This document shows positions 13,709 through 26,792 of a stretch of 64,000 bases of DNA, in pieces; position 1 is the stretch's first letter, and every line of letters begins with the position of its first letter. Position numbers and translations under genes: made by a program. Source of the DNA: Anolis carolinensis. Taxonomy: Eukaryota. Location: NCBI RefSeq assembly GCF_035594765.1, contig NC_085841.1:302817402-302881401 (forward strand), written 5' to 3'. The notes beneath the pieces were generated by a model. It saw nothing but the letters and a program-made list of their open reading frames with translations, made no database searches and had not been told where the DNA came from.

Positions 13709-15841
13709 TCTAAATACATAAATGAGTGATGGCATCATGGCGACCAACAAAACAACAAAACTACAGGCCCCCCAACCTCGAAATTTGACAACACAACCCA
13801 TCATCCACGCCTTTAGGTTGATACAACAAAAAGAAAAGAAAAATAAAGTCCTAATTTAAAGGGAAAGGAATAATTGTTTTTATGCAATTGCTGCCAGTTA
13901 GAGGACTAATGTCTGCCCACTTGGTCTCCTAGCAACCCACTCAGCCCAGGAGAAAGGCAGACATAGGCCTCAGGCCTCTTCCACAGATTATCTAATTTGC
14001 ACTGGATTATATGACAGTGTAGACTCAAGGCCCTTCCACACAGCTATATAACCAATTTATAATCTTATATTATATGCTTTGCACTGGATTATCTTGACTT
14101 CACACTACCATATAATCCACTTCAGTGTGCATTTTAAACAGCTGTGAAGAAGGGGCCTCATATAATCCAGTTCTAAGCAGATAATATAAGATTATCAATA
14201 TATAGTACAGTCTCACTTATCCAACATAAACAGGCCGGCAGGATAAGTGAATATGTTGGATAATAAGAAGGGATTCAGGAAAAGCCGACTAAACATCAAC
14301 ATGTAGGTAATCGTTATACAAATTAAGCACCAAAACATCATATTATACAACAAATTTGACAGAAAAAGTAGTTCCATGCGCAGTAATGCTATGTAGTAAT
14401 TACAGTAGAGTCTCACTCATCCAAGATTCGCTTATCCAACATTCTGGATTATCCAACGCATTTTTGTAGTCAATGTTTGCAATATATCGTGATATTTTGG
14501 TGCTAAATTCATAAATACAGTAATTACTACATAGCATTACTGCATACTGAACTACTTTTTCTGCCAAATTTGTTGTCTAACATGATGTTTTGGTGCTTCA
14601 TTTGTAAAATCTTAACCTAATTTAATGTTTAATAGGCTTTTCCTTAATGCCTCTTTTTATCCAACATATTCGCTTATCCAACATTCTGCCGGCCCGTTTA
14701 TGTTGGATAAGTGAGACTCTACTGTACTGTATTTACAATTTTACCACTAAAATATCACAATGAATTTAAAACACTGACTATAAAAACATTGACTACGAAA
14801 AGGCAGACTGCGTTGGATAAGGGAATGTTGGATAAGTGAGATTCTACTTTAATATGAAATAATTACTGGGATAGAATAATGCAGAACAATATAATCTCTA
14901 AAACCAGGACAGTAAATAAAGAGCAACAGTCTGAAAGCAGGGAAATTGAAAATTCCACAAAAGAAACAATCAGGGCCAGCTAACACCTCCCAAGAAAGGA
15001 TTCTTCCAGAAAGGAGTGAAGCACTGTGTATTACCAAAGTCATTATTATTACTATTATTACTATCATCATCATTATTATTATTATTATTATTATTCCTAT
15101 TATTATTATTATTCCTATTATTATCCCAACAAAGTATTTCCATCATCAAAGTCTGGCAAGTCCTCTGTTTTCTCAGAACCACAGACAGTAGAAGCACATA
15201 AAATATCACAAAGAACACCACTCTGAAAGCAAGGGAATTCCAGACAGGCAACAATCAGGGCCAGCTAACACCTCCCAACAAAAAATTCACTCAGGGAGGA
15301 AACAGCCAAGCTTTAAAGCTGCAAGGCCATTACATGCTAATCATTTCCCCTAATTGCACCATTCATACTTGCCTCCAACAGACAAAAAAAAACAATCAGA
15401 AATATTGTATATTCACAACCTTTAGGAAATAATATCCCCTGATGGCGCAGCGTGTTAAAGCGCTGAGCTGCTGAACTTCTGGACCTAAAGGCCACAGGTT
15501 TGAATCGGGGGACCAGAGTGAGCCCTCACTGTTTGCCCCAGCTTCTGCCAACCCAGAAGTTCAAAAAAATTGAAATGAGAGTAGATGAATAGGTACTGCT
15601 CCGGCGGGAAGGTATCGCCACTCCATGCAGTCATCCCACATGACCTTGGAGGAGTCTATGGACAATGTTGGCGCTTCAACTTAGAAATGGAGATGAGCAC
15701 CAACTCCGTGAGTCAGACACAACTGGACTTAACGTCAGGGGAAAACCTTTACCCTTTATCTTAACTACCACCAATTCCTCAATACTTTATTTCTCATACC
15801 ACCATACTTCGCCACAGCAACACGTGGCCGGGCACAACTAG
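13709..15841 (+). mobile_element. full-length non-autonomous composite Helitron (~2.1 kb)
   Basis: A|TC 5' start (tctaaatacataaatgagtgatgg), 3' hairpin + CTAG|T, no TSD; carries MITEs, a Penelope-like fragment and a Sauria SINE. Confidence 0.8.
14403..14724. mobile_element. Tc1/mariner MITE inserted in inverted orientation into a related MITE (14203-14848)
   Basis: own TIRs and TA duplication; host sequence gtagtaat-TA-ctgtatttac resumes after it. Confidence 0.85.
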
Positions 15842-16222
15842 TTATGAAATAAAGTTTATTGGACTTAGTGACCGTTGCAGATGCTCTCTTAAATTTGGCT
15901 ATAGGTGCATCCCAAATGTGAACCCCTCTCCCAAGAAAATTCAGACTGGTTCTTCACCCCCTTTCAGTGGGCATCAAAGACATGCTCCTTCAGTGCTTAA
16001 AATATGGCTCATCTAGCTGTTTAACCATCTGTGATTTGAAAATGAGTTTAAAAAAATATTGCAGACTATGTTTTTATTTCTGGACCTAATGTTTTCAATA
16101 TTTATATCTGTTGCACATCAGCTTGAGCGATCTAGCGGGCAGGGAGGCAATAGATAAATGTTATAACCATCTCAGTAATCAACCAGGCAGGCAGACAGAA
16201 AATGGACAAGCACTCAAGGCTA

Positions 16223-16538
16223 AAGGTAAAGGTAAAGGTTTCCCCTGACGTTAAGTCCAGTCATGTCTGACTCTGGGGGTTGGTGCTCATCTCCACTTCT
16301 AAGCCGAAGAGTCGGCGTTGTCCGTCGACACCTCCAAGGTCATGTGGCTGGCATGACTGCATGGAGCGCCGTTACCTTCCCGCCGGAGCAGTATCTACTC
16401 ACATTGGCATGTTTTCGAACTGCTAGGTTGGCAGAAGCTGGAGCTAACAGCAGGCGCTCACTCTGCTCCCGGGATTTGAACCTGGGACCTTTCGGTCTGC
16501 AAGTTCAGCAGCTCAGTGCTTTAACACACTTCGCCACC
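16223..16538 (-). mobile_element. Sauria SINE
   Basis: tRNA-like head, (ACCTTT)n tail, 8-bp TSD caaggcta. Confidence 0.9.
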
Positions 16539-17875
16539 CAAGGCTACAAGTAAGTATAATCCCAAACTACATTTTAAAAGCAACACAGAGAATTTGATAA
16601 TTGTCATCCACTGAATCTTTTATGAAAAGTAACAAAATGAAAGGAACAAAAATATCTCTTATCTTGAATAAGTAAGCTGTGACTTAAAAAAGTAATATGT
16701 TAACAATACTTACACTTGTAAATGCCAAGCAGTCAGAAAAATGTTTGGTGTGCTCAGGGAAAAAGCTGCTCAAAATGTGTTATTGTATCTGGTTGCTCTT
16801 CAGTACACTGGGATGATTTAAATCTGCAGAAGCCCAAGGGTTGTATGTGCAACATGACAAGCAGACTGGATTGCTAAGTTGCCCATTTACTTCTGTACTG
16901 ACATATCAGAGCTGTCTAGCTGCAAGCAACTACCATCACATTAGTCAATGTTTTAGCATTTCTCAGGGGACGGAAAACAGCAAGCAAAATAATTCACATA
17001 CACAGGGTACAAGAAGCTAGAGGCTATTAAGTAAGCTGATCCTCAATGTGGCCAAAACATGTGGTATTGCAAAAACACTGGAAGAGCACAGACACAAATT
17101 CCTTCTGCTAGTCACATTATTAGCAAGACTACCTTCAGAAATAAGTAAGCCACAAAAATATTCCACTCTCTGCCTTTACTGCACTGGATACAAACAACCC
17201 TCGAAGACAGCATTGCCTTACCAGGGAATGTTACAAGTTCTTGGGTCAATTATTATCATTAGACCTGTGGAAATAAGTTCTAGATAGATAGCTATGTCAG
17301 CCTGCTACAGCACAGTCTTGTGGTACCTAAAAGACAATTCACTTTATCATGGCATAAGCCAGACCCTCCATCCTTGTGGCTTTCAGCTATTTTGAGCTTT
17401 CATCATCCCAAAATGACTTTACTGGCAAGGGAGCTGTAATCCAAAATTTCAGAAAGCTATGGAAGACAGGTATATACTTTCACGCAATCTCTGGGTGGCT
17501 GGTTTTGATTAAACTGAGGAAGTACAAGAATGAGATCACTACAGTATCCACTCATCTTTCACTAGTCACCAGGGGCCAAGGATTATTGCTATAAATGCAA
17601 ACCATCTATCAGGGCATTTGTTGCTCAGAGGCATTACCACTAATGATTGAATAGTTTGTAAAGAAATGGGGTCAGCTACCAGATAAAAATAATACACATA
17701 AGAACACTGGATGACTTATGGATATGTCCTTACTAGTACAAGATGAAACCCAAGTTCACAGAAGTCCCAATGATTGGTTGAAAAGAGATGTATTGCATCC
17801 AGACAGCAAAAAAACTGAAACAAAAAGCCTTCTCAGGCATGCAGTATGAAAAATGCACTATAAGAGTCCTTCTGA

Positions 17876-17879
<4 letters not shown>

Positions 17880-17947
<68 letters not shown>

Positions 17948-18428
17948 TAATGGTGCCCCCCCCCCGCCACTAAACAACAAAAGTACAAGCCCCAGAACCT
18001 AGAAATTTGGCAGCACAATCCACCATCCTTGCCCCTAGGTTCCGACAACAAAGGGAAAAGAAAAATAAAGTCCTAATTAGAGGGAGAGGAATAATTGTTT
18101 TTAGCCAACTGCTGCCAGTTAGAAGGCTAAGCTCCGCCCACTTGGTCTCCTAGCAACCCACTCAGCCCAGGGGACAGAGTTAGGCCTCACTTATGCCTCT
18201 TCCACACTGCCTATAAAATACAGATTATCAGATTTAACTGGCAGTGTAGACTCAAGGCCCTTCCACACAGCTATATAACCCATTTATAATCTTATATTAT
18301 CTGCTTTGAACTAGATTTTCTTGACTCCACACTGCCATATAATCAACTTCAGTGTTCATTTTATACAGCTGTGTAGAAGGGGCCTCATATAATCCAGTTC
18401 TAAGCAGATAATATAAGATTATAAATAT
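17880..18428 (+). mobile_element. Helitron 5' portion with (CT)n(AT)n expansion, ending at an LTR
   Basis: homologous to 13709-14200. Confidence 0.75.
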
Positions 18429-19701
18429 TGTCAAGAGTCAGACGCCAGTTAACAAACAAAACAGAGTTTATTCACAAGATAAGCCAAAAGTAACATAAAC
18501 ACAGAAGGTGTCCTTGAAACACTTCACTTATCAGTGTTTCAAGAGTAGTTCGAACAAAAATATAACTCAAAAACAAGCCAAGCTATTTTTCCACGCTGGC
18601 ATTCAATAAAAACTAAAAGACGCTTCAATTCAGCTTTGGAGAACAAATTGAGTTAACTGCTAGAAAATAAGCAAAATAAACGAAGACTTGAAACCTTCCA
18701 GAAGCTGCAGAGTATAACTGAAAGTGCAAAAGCCTCTTTTGGCTCCAAACCGTTTCTGAAAACAGCCAGCCGGCTCTGCGGATTTAAAGGGACAGTTCCC
18801 AAAAGAAAAACAGCAAACTGATTTGAAAACAAAACAAACTAGAAGTGCAGTAAACTGCTTCCATGGTGCAGATAAAGCCGAGAGCTTCAAAGGGATGATG
18901 AATAGCCGTCGTCAGGAGAATCCAAGGTCAGGTCAGGAGGCAGCAGCAAATTCCAAAAGGCAAACCAGTAGTCAGAAGCCGGGAGTAGTCGTCAGTCAGA
19001 GGGCGAAGACAGAAGCCAGGTCAAATTCCAATCCAGAGTCCGAAGAGGGTGCAGTCATCCAAACCAGGTCCACAATAAGACACAGAGAGCCAAGTAACGA
19101 TGGTATCAGCAGATCCGAATCACAGTCCAAGTCCAGTCTTCACGGAAACACAGAGATCGCAATGGCGCCTCAGCAACACCTTGCCACACGCAAAGTGCAG
19201 TGGCCAAACATTCCCATTTTATTCCCCTTTCTCCTGGGTGACCAAACACTCACGCCCTAACACCAGGTGTCCCAAATCTACTCAGAGTCCGAACTCCACA
19301 CAGCTAGAGCTCGTGGATCCGGAGTACCTAGCAATTCGTCGGAGTTCCAATCATCCTGCCCACACTTAGCCCCATGAACACTTAAAGAACCATCCTCCCT
19401 TCTCCAAGCATCCCAAGTGGGATCAGCTCCTGCAGAAACCCCAGGTTCAGTAGTATCCATAGGCCCCAAATCCTCAGACATCTCCGGTGGCTGTGCCCAT
19501 TCAGTGCCCACTTCCCCAGCCACCACCTCAGCATCAATTTCCCCAAACTCCCCATCTGAATCTTCCTCAGTAGATCCCCCATATAGCTCTCTAAATCGCT
19601 TCCTGCGCAACTCCTCCAGTGAACCCTCATCATGAGGGTTTTTTCTTCCTCTTCGAATCCCATCACCATCAACCATAATCCCCAAAGGCGCAGTCACAAC
19701 A
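18429..19701 (-). mobile_element. solo LTR, family B copy 1
   Basis: TGT...ACA termini, same ends as 26793-27956, minus-strand AATAAA near 18470; TSD imperfect (aatat vs gaata). Confidence 0.88.
19278..19700 (-). CDS. U3-encoded ORF of LTR B1 (VVTAPLGIMVDGDGIRRGRKNPHDEGSLEELRRKRFRELYGGSTEEDS...)
   Basis: open from LTR base 2 for 141 codons including stop; first ATG at 19676; conserved with B2. Confidence 0.6.
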   Translation of the reverse strand, partial: VVTAPLGIMVDGDGIRRGRKNPHDEGSLEELRRKRFRELYGGSTEEDSDGEFGEIDAEVVAGEVGTEWAQPPEMSEDLGPMDTTEPGVSAGADPTWDAWRREDGSLSVHGAKCGQDDWNSDELLGTPDPRALAVWSSDSE

Positions 19702-21290
19702 GAATATGTGACTGACTAATCTAATTTCTTGGGTAGTATAGTTGAGGTACTGCTACAGTGAAACCCTGTTACATATATCCACCAACCTAACTTCACAAAA
19801 TGTTGGGGCACACAAGACCTCTGAAGATTAAGTAAGTAAATAAATAAATTTAAAAGAAATAAAACACAACATTGTGGTTACAGTGTACCACAGATTTGTG
19901 AATTGAAGTCACAATGTGGCTGATATTTTCCTGAAATAAATTGCAACATTTCAGGGAAGAAAGGATCAGCAATAACGGGGAATCTTTTATCACTGATATA
20001 TGTTGCCACAGTGCTAAACACAGAATCTCCAATAAATTCCTGTCAGACCTTGTACACAACCTCTTTTTTTAGAAGACAAAGTATGAAGGGATGTGCTATG
20101 CTTAACTTCTTCTTGAACAACAGGGAAGAACTGATCATTAAGATTAAAGTAGCAGGAAGTAGCATGTATATGAGGATGACTATATAATGCTGAGAGAGAC
20201 AGCTAGGTGTGGGAAAGGCTGAATACATACCACAAAAAGTGTTTAAGAAACTTAGATAAATGTGAAGATTTCGGGTCCAATCATTTACAGAGATTCCTGA
20301 ATAAGAAATCACTAAAAGTACATATACAAATAATTCCAGTAAGAAAATTTTTTAAATGTGTGAGAAAGGGCAAGTACAATATCAACAATTAATACAGATG
20401 AACAAATGAACCTTGTAGAAATTATGTAAAGTATGGTGAGGAATGCTAAGAACAACAGCTCTTGAAGCCTCTATTGTGTTGTTTTTTCCCCCCTCAACCC
20501 TCAAAGGAGAAACAGGTTCAAAGAGAAACATTTGTTTGATTTATATTCTGCATTTCCCTCTATATTTTCTCTCAGATTATAAGCAGTGACAGATCAGAAT
20601 TGTAGTTAAAAAGAGAACACCTACTACTAATTAATTACTATAAATGAATTCAAGTTTTAAAAACTAGGTAAACTGAATCCTAGAATACTAAAAGAACTTG
20701 CTGAGCTGCCTGTGAGAAATTTTGAGAAATGAGTGATGTGGAAGTGATGTTATTAAAATATGTTGCAACTCATCCAATTTGTTTAATAATAATCCAGTGA
20801 TTGGCAGAAGTCAGGATCACTGTAACAAGAGACTGTCCCAGAATTATATTTTATCTAAGAAAACTGAAGAAATATAGGATTAATTTCTTTCCATTGGTAA
20901 AATATCTGGCAAATAACCCTATGATATTATGGTAAGAAAGTTGGTACACTAGACTCACAATTTATCTGAACTCAAGCAATCAGAACTCTAAAGCAATCAA
21001 CAAAAAAAATCAATAAAATAATTAAAACAAAATAAACATTTAGCAGAAATGTAAAGCTGTATTACATTAAATTAAATTTGCCTTTGTCTTAATTTGCTTT
21101 TAATTACTGTATTTCAATATTAAAAGTCAATACAGAGTTTTAATATATGGGGTAGTGTATTACCTGGGCCTATATTAAAAAGGCCACCAGAAACTACAAG
21201 CCACCAGAAACTAGATTTATCCAGAATCTACCAATCCTCATGGGTGCAAGTTAACTGAGAGTCTACTGTACATGGAGGAAGATGTTATTA

Positions 21291-21827
21291 CAGTGGACCC
21301 TTGGTATCTACTGGGATTTGTTTTCAAGACTTTTGCAGATAACAAAATCCATGGATGTCCAAGTCCCATTATATAAATTGGTGTCATTTATATAAATTGG
21401 TGTCATTTATATAAAATGGTAACATTCAGGGGGGCTTTTTGGCTTTAAAAAATAGTTTCAAGCCATGGATACAGTATTCACTCACTTATTGCTGGGGTTA
21501 GGTTCCAGGACCACCCGCAATAAGTGAAAATCCGCCAAGTAGGGATACTATATTTATTTTAATATTTATACATTATTTTAGTAGTTACGTATATACTACC
21601 AATTGTGTATTGATAAATCACCTTCTTCTCCTCCTGTTGCCGCTTGGGCTCCTTTTCTCTCCCTTTGGGCTCCTTTTCTTCCTCCCTTCCTTAGGCTGTA
21701 AATTGTATTTTTTATGATTTATAATAGTCTTTTAGAGTTTATTGAAAAACCGCAAAACAGCGAATCCGCAAAAAGTGATCCGCGAAGTAGTGAGGGAACA
21801 CTGTAGTTGAATATGGAGGACAGACTA
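21291..21827. mobile_element. Tigger-like MITE with a second Tigger-like MITE (21472-21803) nested in it
   Basis: cagtggaccc/cagtattcac starts after TA; inner element ends gagggaacactg|TA. Confidence 0.7.
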
Positions 21828-22309
21828 TACACTCATTCAGGTTAAGAACGATTTAGAAAAATAAAATTCATAAACTGTTCATTAAACATTTTCTATCAAA
21901 CTGGAGGGAGGGTTTTATTCCGGTATTGCAGAGCGCTGTCATGAACCTACTACCGTATTATCATTTTTAAAAATCCAGTTATTTACATTAAACAATAGAA
22001 GAAATCCTTATCAAAGCTGTAGTTAACACAAAACTGGAGATAAAAAGCAGAACTAGATCAAATGGGTTTAAATTAGGGGGTGGGGGTAGGGGGAGATTTT
22101 AATTTGATATAAAAGAACCCTTTATGTAGACTTTAACAACAAAACCAGTTACTGAAAGTAGGGGGAGCTATCCCTTGCAGAAAGTCTTAAAACTAGACAG
22201 AAGTTGGAGAATGCTTTTATCCTGGATTTCCCACAATAAAGAACAAGTTGGACTTGATAGCCCTTCAAACTATGATTTTAAGAGACTAGAAACCTTCCAG
22301 ACCAGTGAT

Positions 22310-22797
22310 TGTTGGAAATTACAACCTTCTTCAAGCCTCCCCTAGCAATCTGTTTATCTATAATCCTGTTGCTTATTGTATGTATGTTCTGGATTGCAGC
22401 ATTCTTTCCTTGCTCTATGTTTTCTTGAGAAGTTGTGGGAGGGGCTTGAGGCCACATGATCCACTCTGACACGAGCACAGACTTCTTTTAGACTTTGGGC
22501 TGCTCAGATTGCAGACTTGAAAACACTTGCCTGCTGTTTATTGTAAGAAAGATGTTCTGACCGGATGGCACAGAAACATATCAGTAACTGACTGATACAT
22601 TGTGTATCTGGGTATGCTGAACACATGAAGGTCGTGAGTAAATATGTTATTTTTACCTAAGTCTACTTTATTTTGTCTCTTGAGTGCATAATATAAAACA
22701 AGTTGTTTTATGGGGAAATAGATATATTTTGGGCACTGAAAAACACTTCTGAAGAACTGATATTTTCATGCACTGGCATATTCTCTGTTTCCTAACA
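22310..22797. mobile_element. possible old LTR-like element
   Basis: tgttggaaa...tttcctaaca imperfect inverted termini; no convincing TSD, orientation not determined. Confidence 0.3.
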
Positions 22798-23550
22798 TAT
22801 CAGAGACATAATCTGAGATTGTTCAGTCTAACAGCTGAAGCCAACTGTCTTTCATATTTACATTTGATTGAATACCACTTGAGAAGATTCTACTCAAATG
22901 AGTTTTTGGCTCTTCTCTAAAAGGTTATGATCTCTAAAAGGTAATGCTTTTCTAAAAATAATTCCCAAAATTTAGATCTCCAAATGTTTTGGACTTCAAC
23001 TTTCAGATACTCAGGGCTTCTGGGAGCTAAAATTGAGAATACCTGGAAGAAACACCAATTTAGATAGGTACCACTGATGTGTAACCATGTAATGGCCTAC
23101 CAGGAAGGGGATACAAGAATGGGAAAGAGATGTGGTTTTTTTTTTTAATTATTCTAACTTTTTCCTGTTGTGTCATATTTATGCCTATATAGATGGTATT
23201 CAGGTCTGAACACTGAATATAGTGCAGAAACAAAATGTTTTATCATTTTTGCTTGTATTCTCCAATAACACTTCTTCCAAGAGATTTAACCAGGAGACTG
23301 AGCAGATCAAATGCCAATCTCCTCTTATCTTTAAATCTCCCATTTTTAATTTACTGGCCTTTTTGTTCCAAAGATATCAACTAAAGCAGAAACAAATATG
23401 CTCAAAAAGAATACAATTATGTTCAAAAATAAAATTAAAACTATTAATCAGAAAAAGGCTAAGTCCTTCCAAATTTCAATATAAATCACAACAAAATATT
23501 AGTTTTGTTAAAGAATGAAGGCTAAGATGTTCTTCAGGTTCACAACTTAC

Positions 23551-23690
23551 TCTGGTCGGCAAATCACCAGGTCTCCCTTATTAGTGCCATATGCCAATCC
23601 CAAACCTGGTTCAGGCAGCCAACGAGCAGAATTTATACTGACATGTCTCCTTTGGTCAGCAGGCATTGGGTACAAGACGTTGAACACTCT
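23551..23690 (-). CDS. AMBRA1: AMBRA1 coding exon ([46 protein letters not shown])
   Basis: ttccttacag acceptor, gtaag donor, 140 bp, WD40 blade sequence matching recalled AMBRA1. Confidence 0.95.
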
Positions 23691-24946
23691 CTGTAAGGAA
23701 AAGAAACACACACAATCAGTAAATCAAGCAGGGATGGTTAAATTTGTGAAACAAACCAGTCTTTATCACGCATATCAATTAAAAGGCAACTCAGCTATAA
23801 GGAACAATGAACATTAATCAACTTGAACAGAATCCAATTGTATAGCAGTGTCGCTCAGAAACAGCTTAAAAAGCTACCGTGGGAATATGCAGTTTTCTAC
23901 TAGTTATTACCAGGCTCTCTGTGTAGATAATACCACAATGCAAATGCTAGAGTGTATCAGGAAATGCTATAGGGCAAAAACAAGGAGTAGGGGGAAAAGA
24001 CAGCATCAAAATAACAGCTTCTTGCACTATATTAGTTAAGACATTTGTTTTCCAACTCTGCTTCTACTTCGACGTATTTTTTAAATGCCCTAATTTTGTG
24101 TGCATACACACAAATTATCTTTCTTCTGATCTTTAAGTCTGGAGACCTCTTTTGCTGTGTGCCTGGTAAACTGAGCTTGTAGTCAAATATTTAATGGTTA
24201 CAGCAATGCAGGAGCCAAGAATGATGCCTCAATACTGCTGTGCCTTACAATAACACTAGCCGAATATTTAATTATTCTTCCTTGATTTTTTTTTAATGCA
24301 ATTCATTGCTCTTTGGCATTTTACTTTCCTCAGCAAAGTTAAATGACGTCCAGATGCATTCAGTGTCAACTGAGGTTGTCATGTCCCTTGTGTTATCTTC
24401 AGTACTTACAATCTCTTAGCATATTTGTCCTATTGTCTTCATCTTTTGACTAGGTAGCAAAAAAATCCTATGTGCAATGATAGCATCTGTTGCCATGGAG
24501 ATTCTGATATCATTTTCAATTTTAATGGGGTTGTGATAACAGGAAGATGCTTAAAAGAACAAAGCAGCATTTATTGGTAAAATAAGTGTTGTTTGAAGTG
24601 TAACGAAATGAAAATAATACCCTAGTTATTAAACTGCAAACTTATTTCATGAGTCAACAATTTCACCTGGTCAATTAACTTCTGGTAAAGAACTATGGAT
24701 AGCAAAACAGGTTTCCTGGCCTTGCTTCTAGTTCTTCCAATCACTGTAATATACTCACTGTTAAAAACTATCTCTAAGGCTCTGATTTGACACTATAAAT
24801 CAGAAGATCTCCTCAGCAAGTAGCCATCCCTAACCAGTTGCTTACAACTCCCAATAATGAGTAAATATGTACTAAGCTTCATAGATCTGATAAAATTTGA
24901 ATTCCAAAATATTTGGAAGACCTCAAACTATGGGCATCTCCTAGAC

Positions 24947-25339
24947 CAGGGATTCCCCAAACTTAGGCCCACGGGCCAGATGTGACTCTCCAAGATCATT
25001 TACCTGCCACCTGCCCTAAACTTTAGACTTAGGGTCGCCCTGGGTCTGAAACAACTTGGAATTGTTGTTTTGGAGGCACACAAAAATAACAATTCCAATT
25101 AACTTGACAATCTCATCAGCCAAAAGCAGGCCCACACTTTCCACTGAAATACTGGTAAGTTTATGTTGCTTCAAGTTGTTCTTCATTTTAAATATTGTAT
25201 TGTTCTTTTTTTTTGCACTAGAAATAAAATATGTGCAGTGTACATAGGAATTTGTTCATTTTATTTTCCAAACTATAATCCGGCACCCAAACAGTCTGAG
25301 GGACCATGAACCTCTGTTTAGAAAGTCTGAGGAATCCTG
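24947..25339. mobile_element. hAT-type non-autonomous element
   Basis: cagggattccccaaact...agtctgaggaatcctg TIRs, degenerate 8-bp TSD tcctagac/tcctatat. Confidence 0.7.
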
Positions 25340-25923
25340 TCCTATATAGTTTCATACTCATCAGAAATATACCAAGATATGGACAGTTTTTAAAAATCAC
25401 GTTATGTTCATTTTATCCATCCAGATCACCCCCCTTCTCCCCCTATTTAACAAATTGTACAGAAATAAGCTGTTACATGTTACTAAGAGTTGATTGTGAC
25501 TACAGTTGTGAAATTATCAGATGAAACCAATAATATCTCTTTTGGCACAATGAACACTGTCAACAGCGGCTGAGACATAGTTTAATTGGTCTGGTGCATT
25601 TGTTTAGATGCACTGACTCTAGTCATGACCACTCAAAATCTTTTCAAAGGAAATCACGCTTTTTTGAAAAATAAATGTGCTGTTCTTGCAAGAAATCCAT
25701 ATGGTCTTCCTTGGAAGAAGGATTTATATCAGAAAGCAATCACATTTTGCAGCATAATTTTGTGTCACTGGGAATTATTTTAATTCCCACAACCATAACT
25801 ATTTGTGGGACTCTGACTGCAACAGAAGGCATGGTCAGTTTCATATGGTCTGTATGTTCTGCTTAATACATATATACGGTATGTTCTATGAATAATGTAT
25901 AATAACTATAAGTTACTATAGAT

Positions 25924-26040
25924 CAGAGGTGTTGAGATGTTTGGGCCTCCAACTCCCAGAAACCCTAGTCAGCTTGTCCAATGGAGGAATTCTGGAAGAG
26001 GAAGTCCAAAACACCTGGAGGGCCAAGTTTGACACCACTG
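25924..26040. mobile_element. short palindromic hAT-derived MITE
   Basis: cagaggtgt...acaccactg, 8-bp TSD ctatagat/ctatagag. Confidence 0.7.
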
Positions 26041-26792
26041 CTATAGAGGATAATTGATTGATTGATTGAGGATAACTCATCTCTCCTTCCAAGTTGGTTG
26101 TGAAAGTTTGGCTACATTGAAAAAAGAAAAGCTTTCTGAACAAATACATACTTCTTCCCCTTAAGGAAAAAACAAACGAATGCAAAGGTGGAAGTCTGTT
26201 TTGCACTTCCCCTCTGATACTAAGCTACTAATATTGAATCGAGGAACATAACTGTTGAGTGCCGGACATAATATATTCTTCTATGTTGAGAAAAAAACCA
26301 TGAAGTACTAAGCACAAAGATTAAAGGGGGAGAAATACTCACTAATTTGTACTTCAATTCATACCCAAGTCTAAGTATAAGAAGGTTCTGAACTCACACT
26401 ATTAAATGCAGCTACCTTGTTCATCCATGTTAGCAAGTTCAGATACTTCAAAAAAAAAAAAAAACAAGCTCCACCTGCAGAATTCCAATTCCACATCTGT
26501 AGAGACCATCCCATTGAGTCAGAAACTGGGATAATAAAACAGTACATTTGCTGAGAGAATCAACTTTCTTTAGGTATAGAATATTCATTATTGAATCCTT
26601 TCAGTAGAGACAGGCTTTCACCAATAGATTTGTGCTAATCAAAACACTGCATTCCAATATGGTAATACAAAAAAAAAATCTATAAAACTTCACTTTTCTC
26701 TACGCTGATTCCATTTAATTATCTATACAATCCCATTATACCTGCCTCTATGTAGATTATTCTTTCATCACACATGCATATCTGACACATAA

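Noticed and set aside
14849-15254. ORFs with poly-I/N/Y/L runs (also 38255-38470, 45228-45473, 52249-52686)
   Set aside because: Translation of (ATT)n microsatellites and LINE tails
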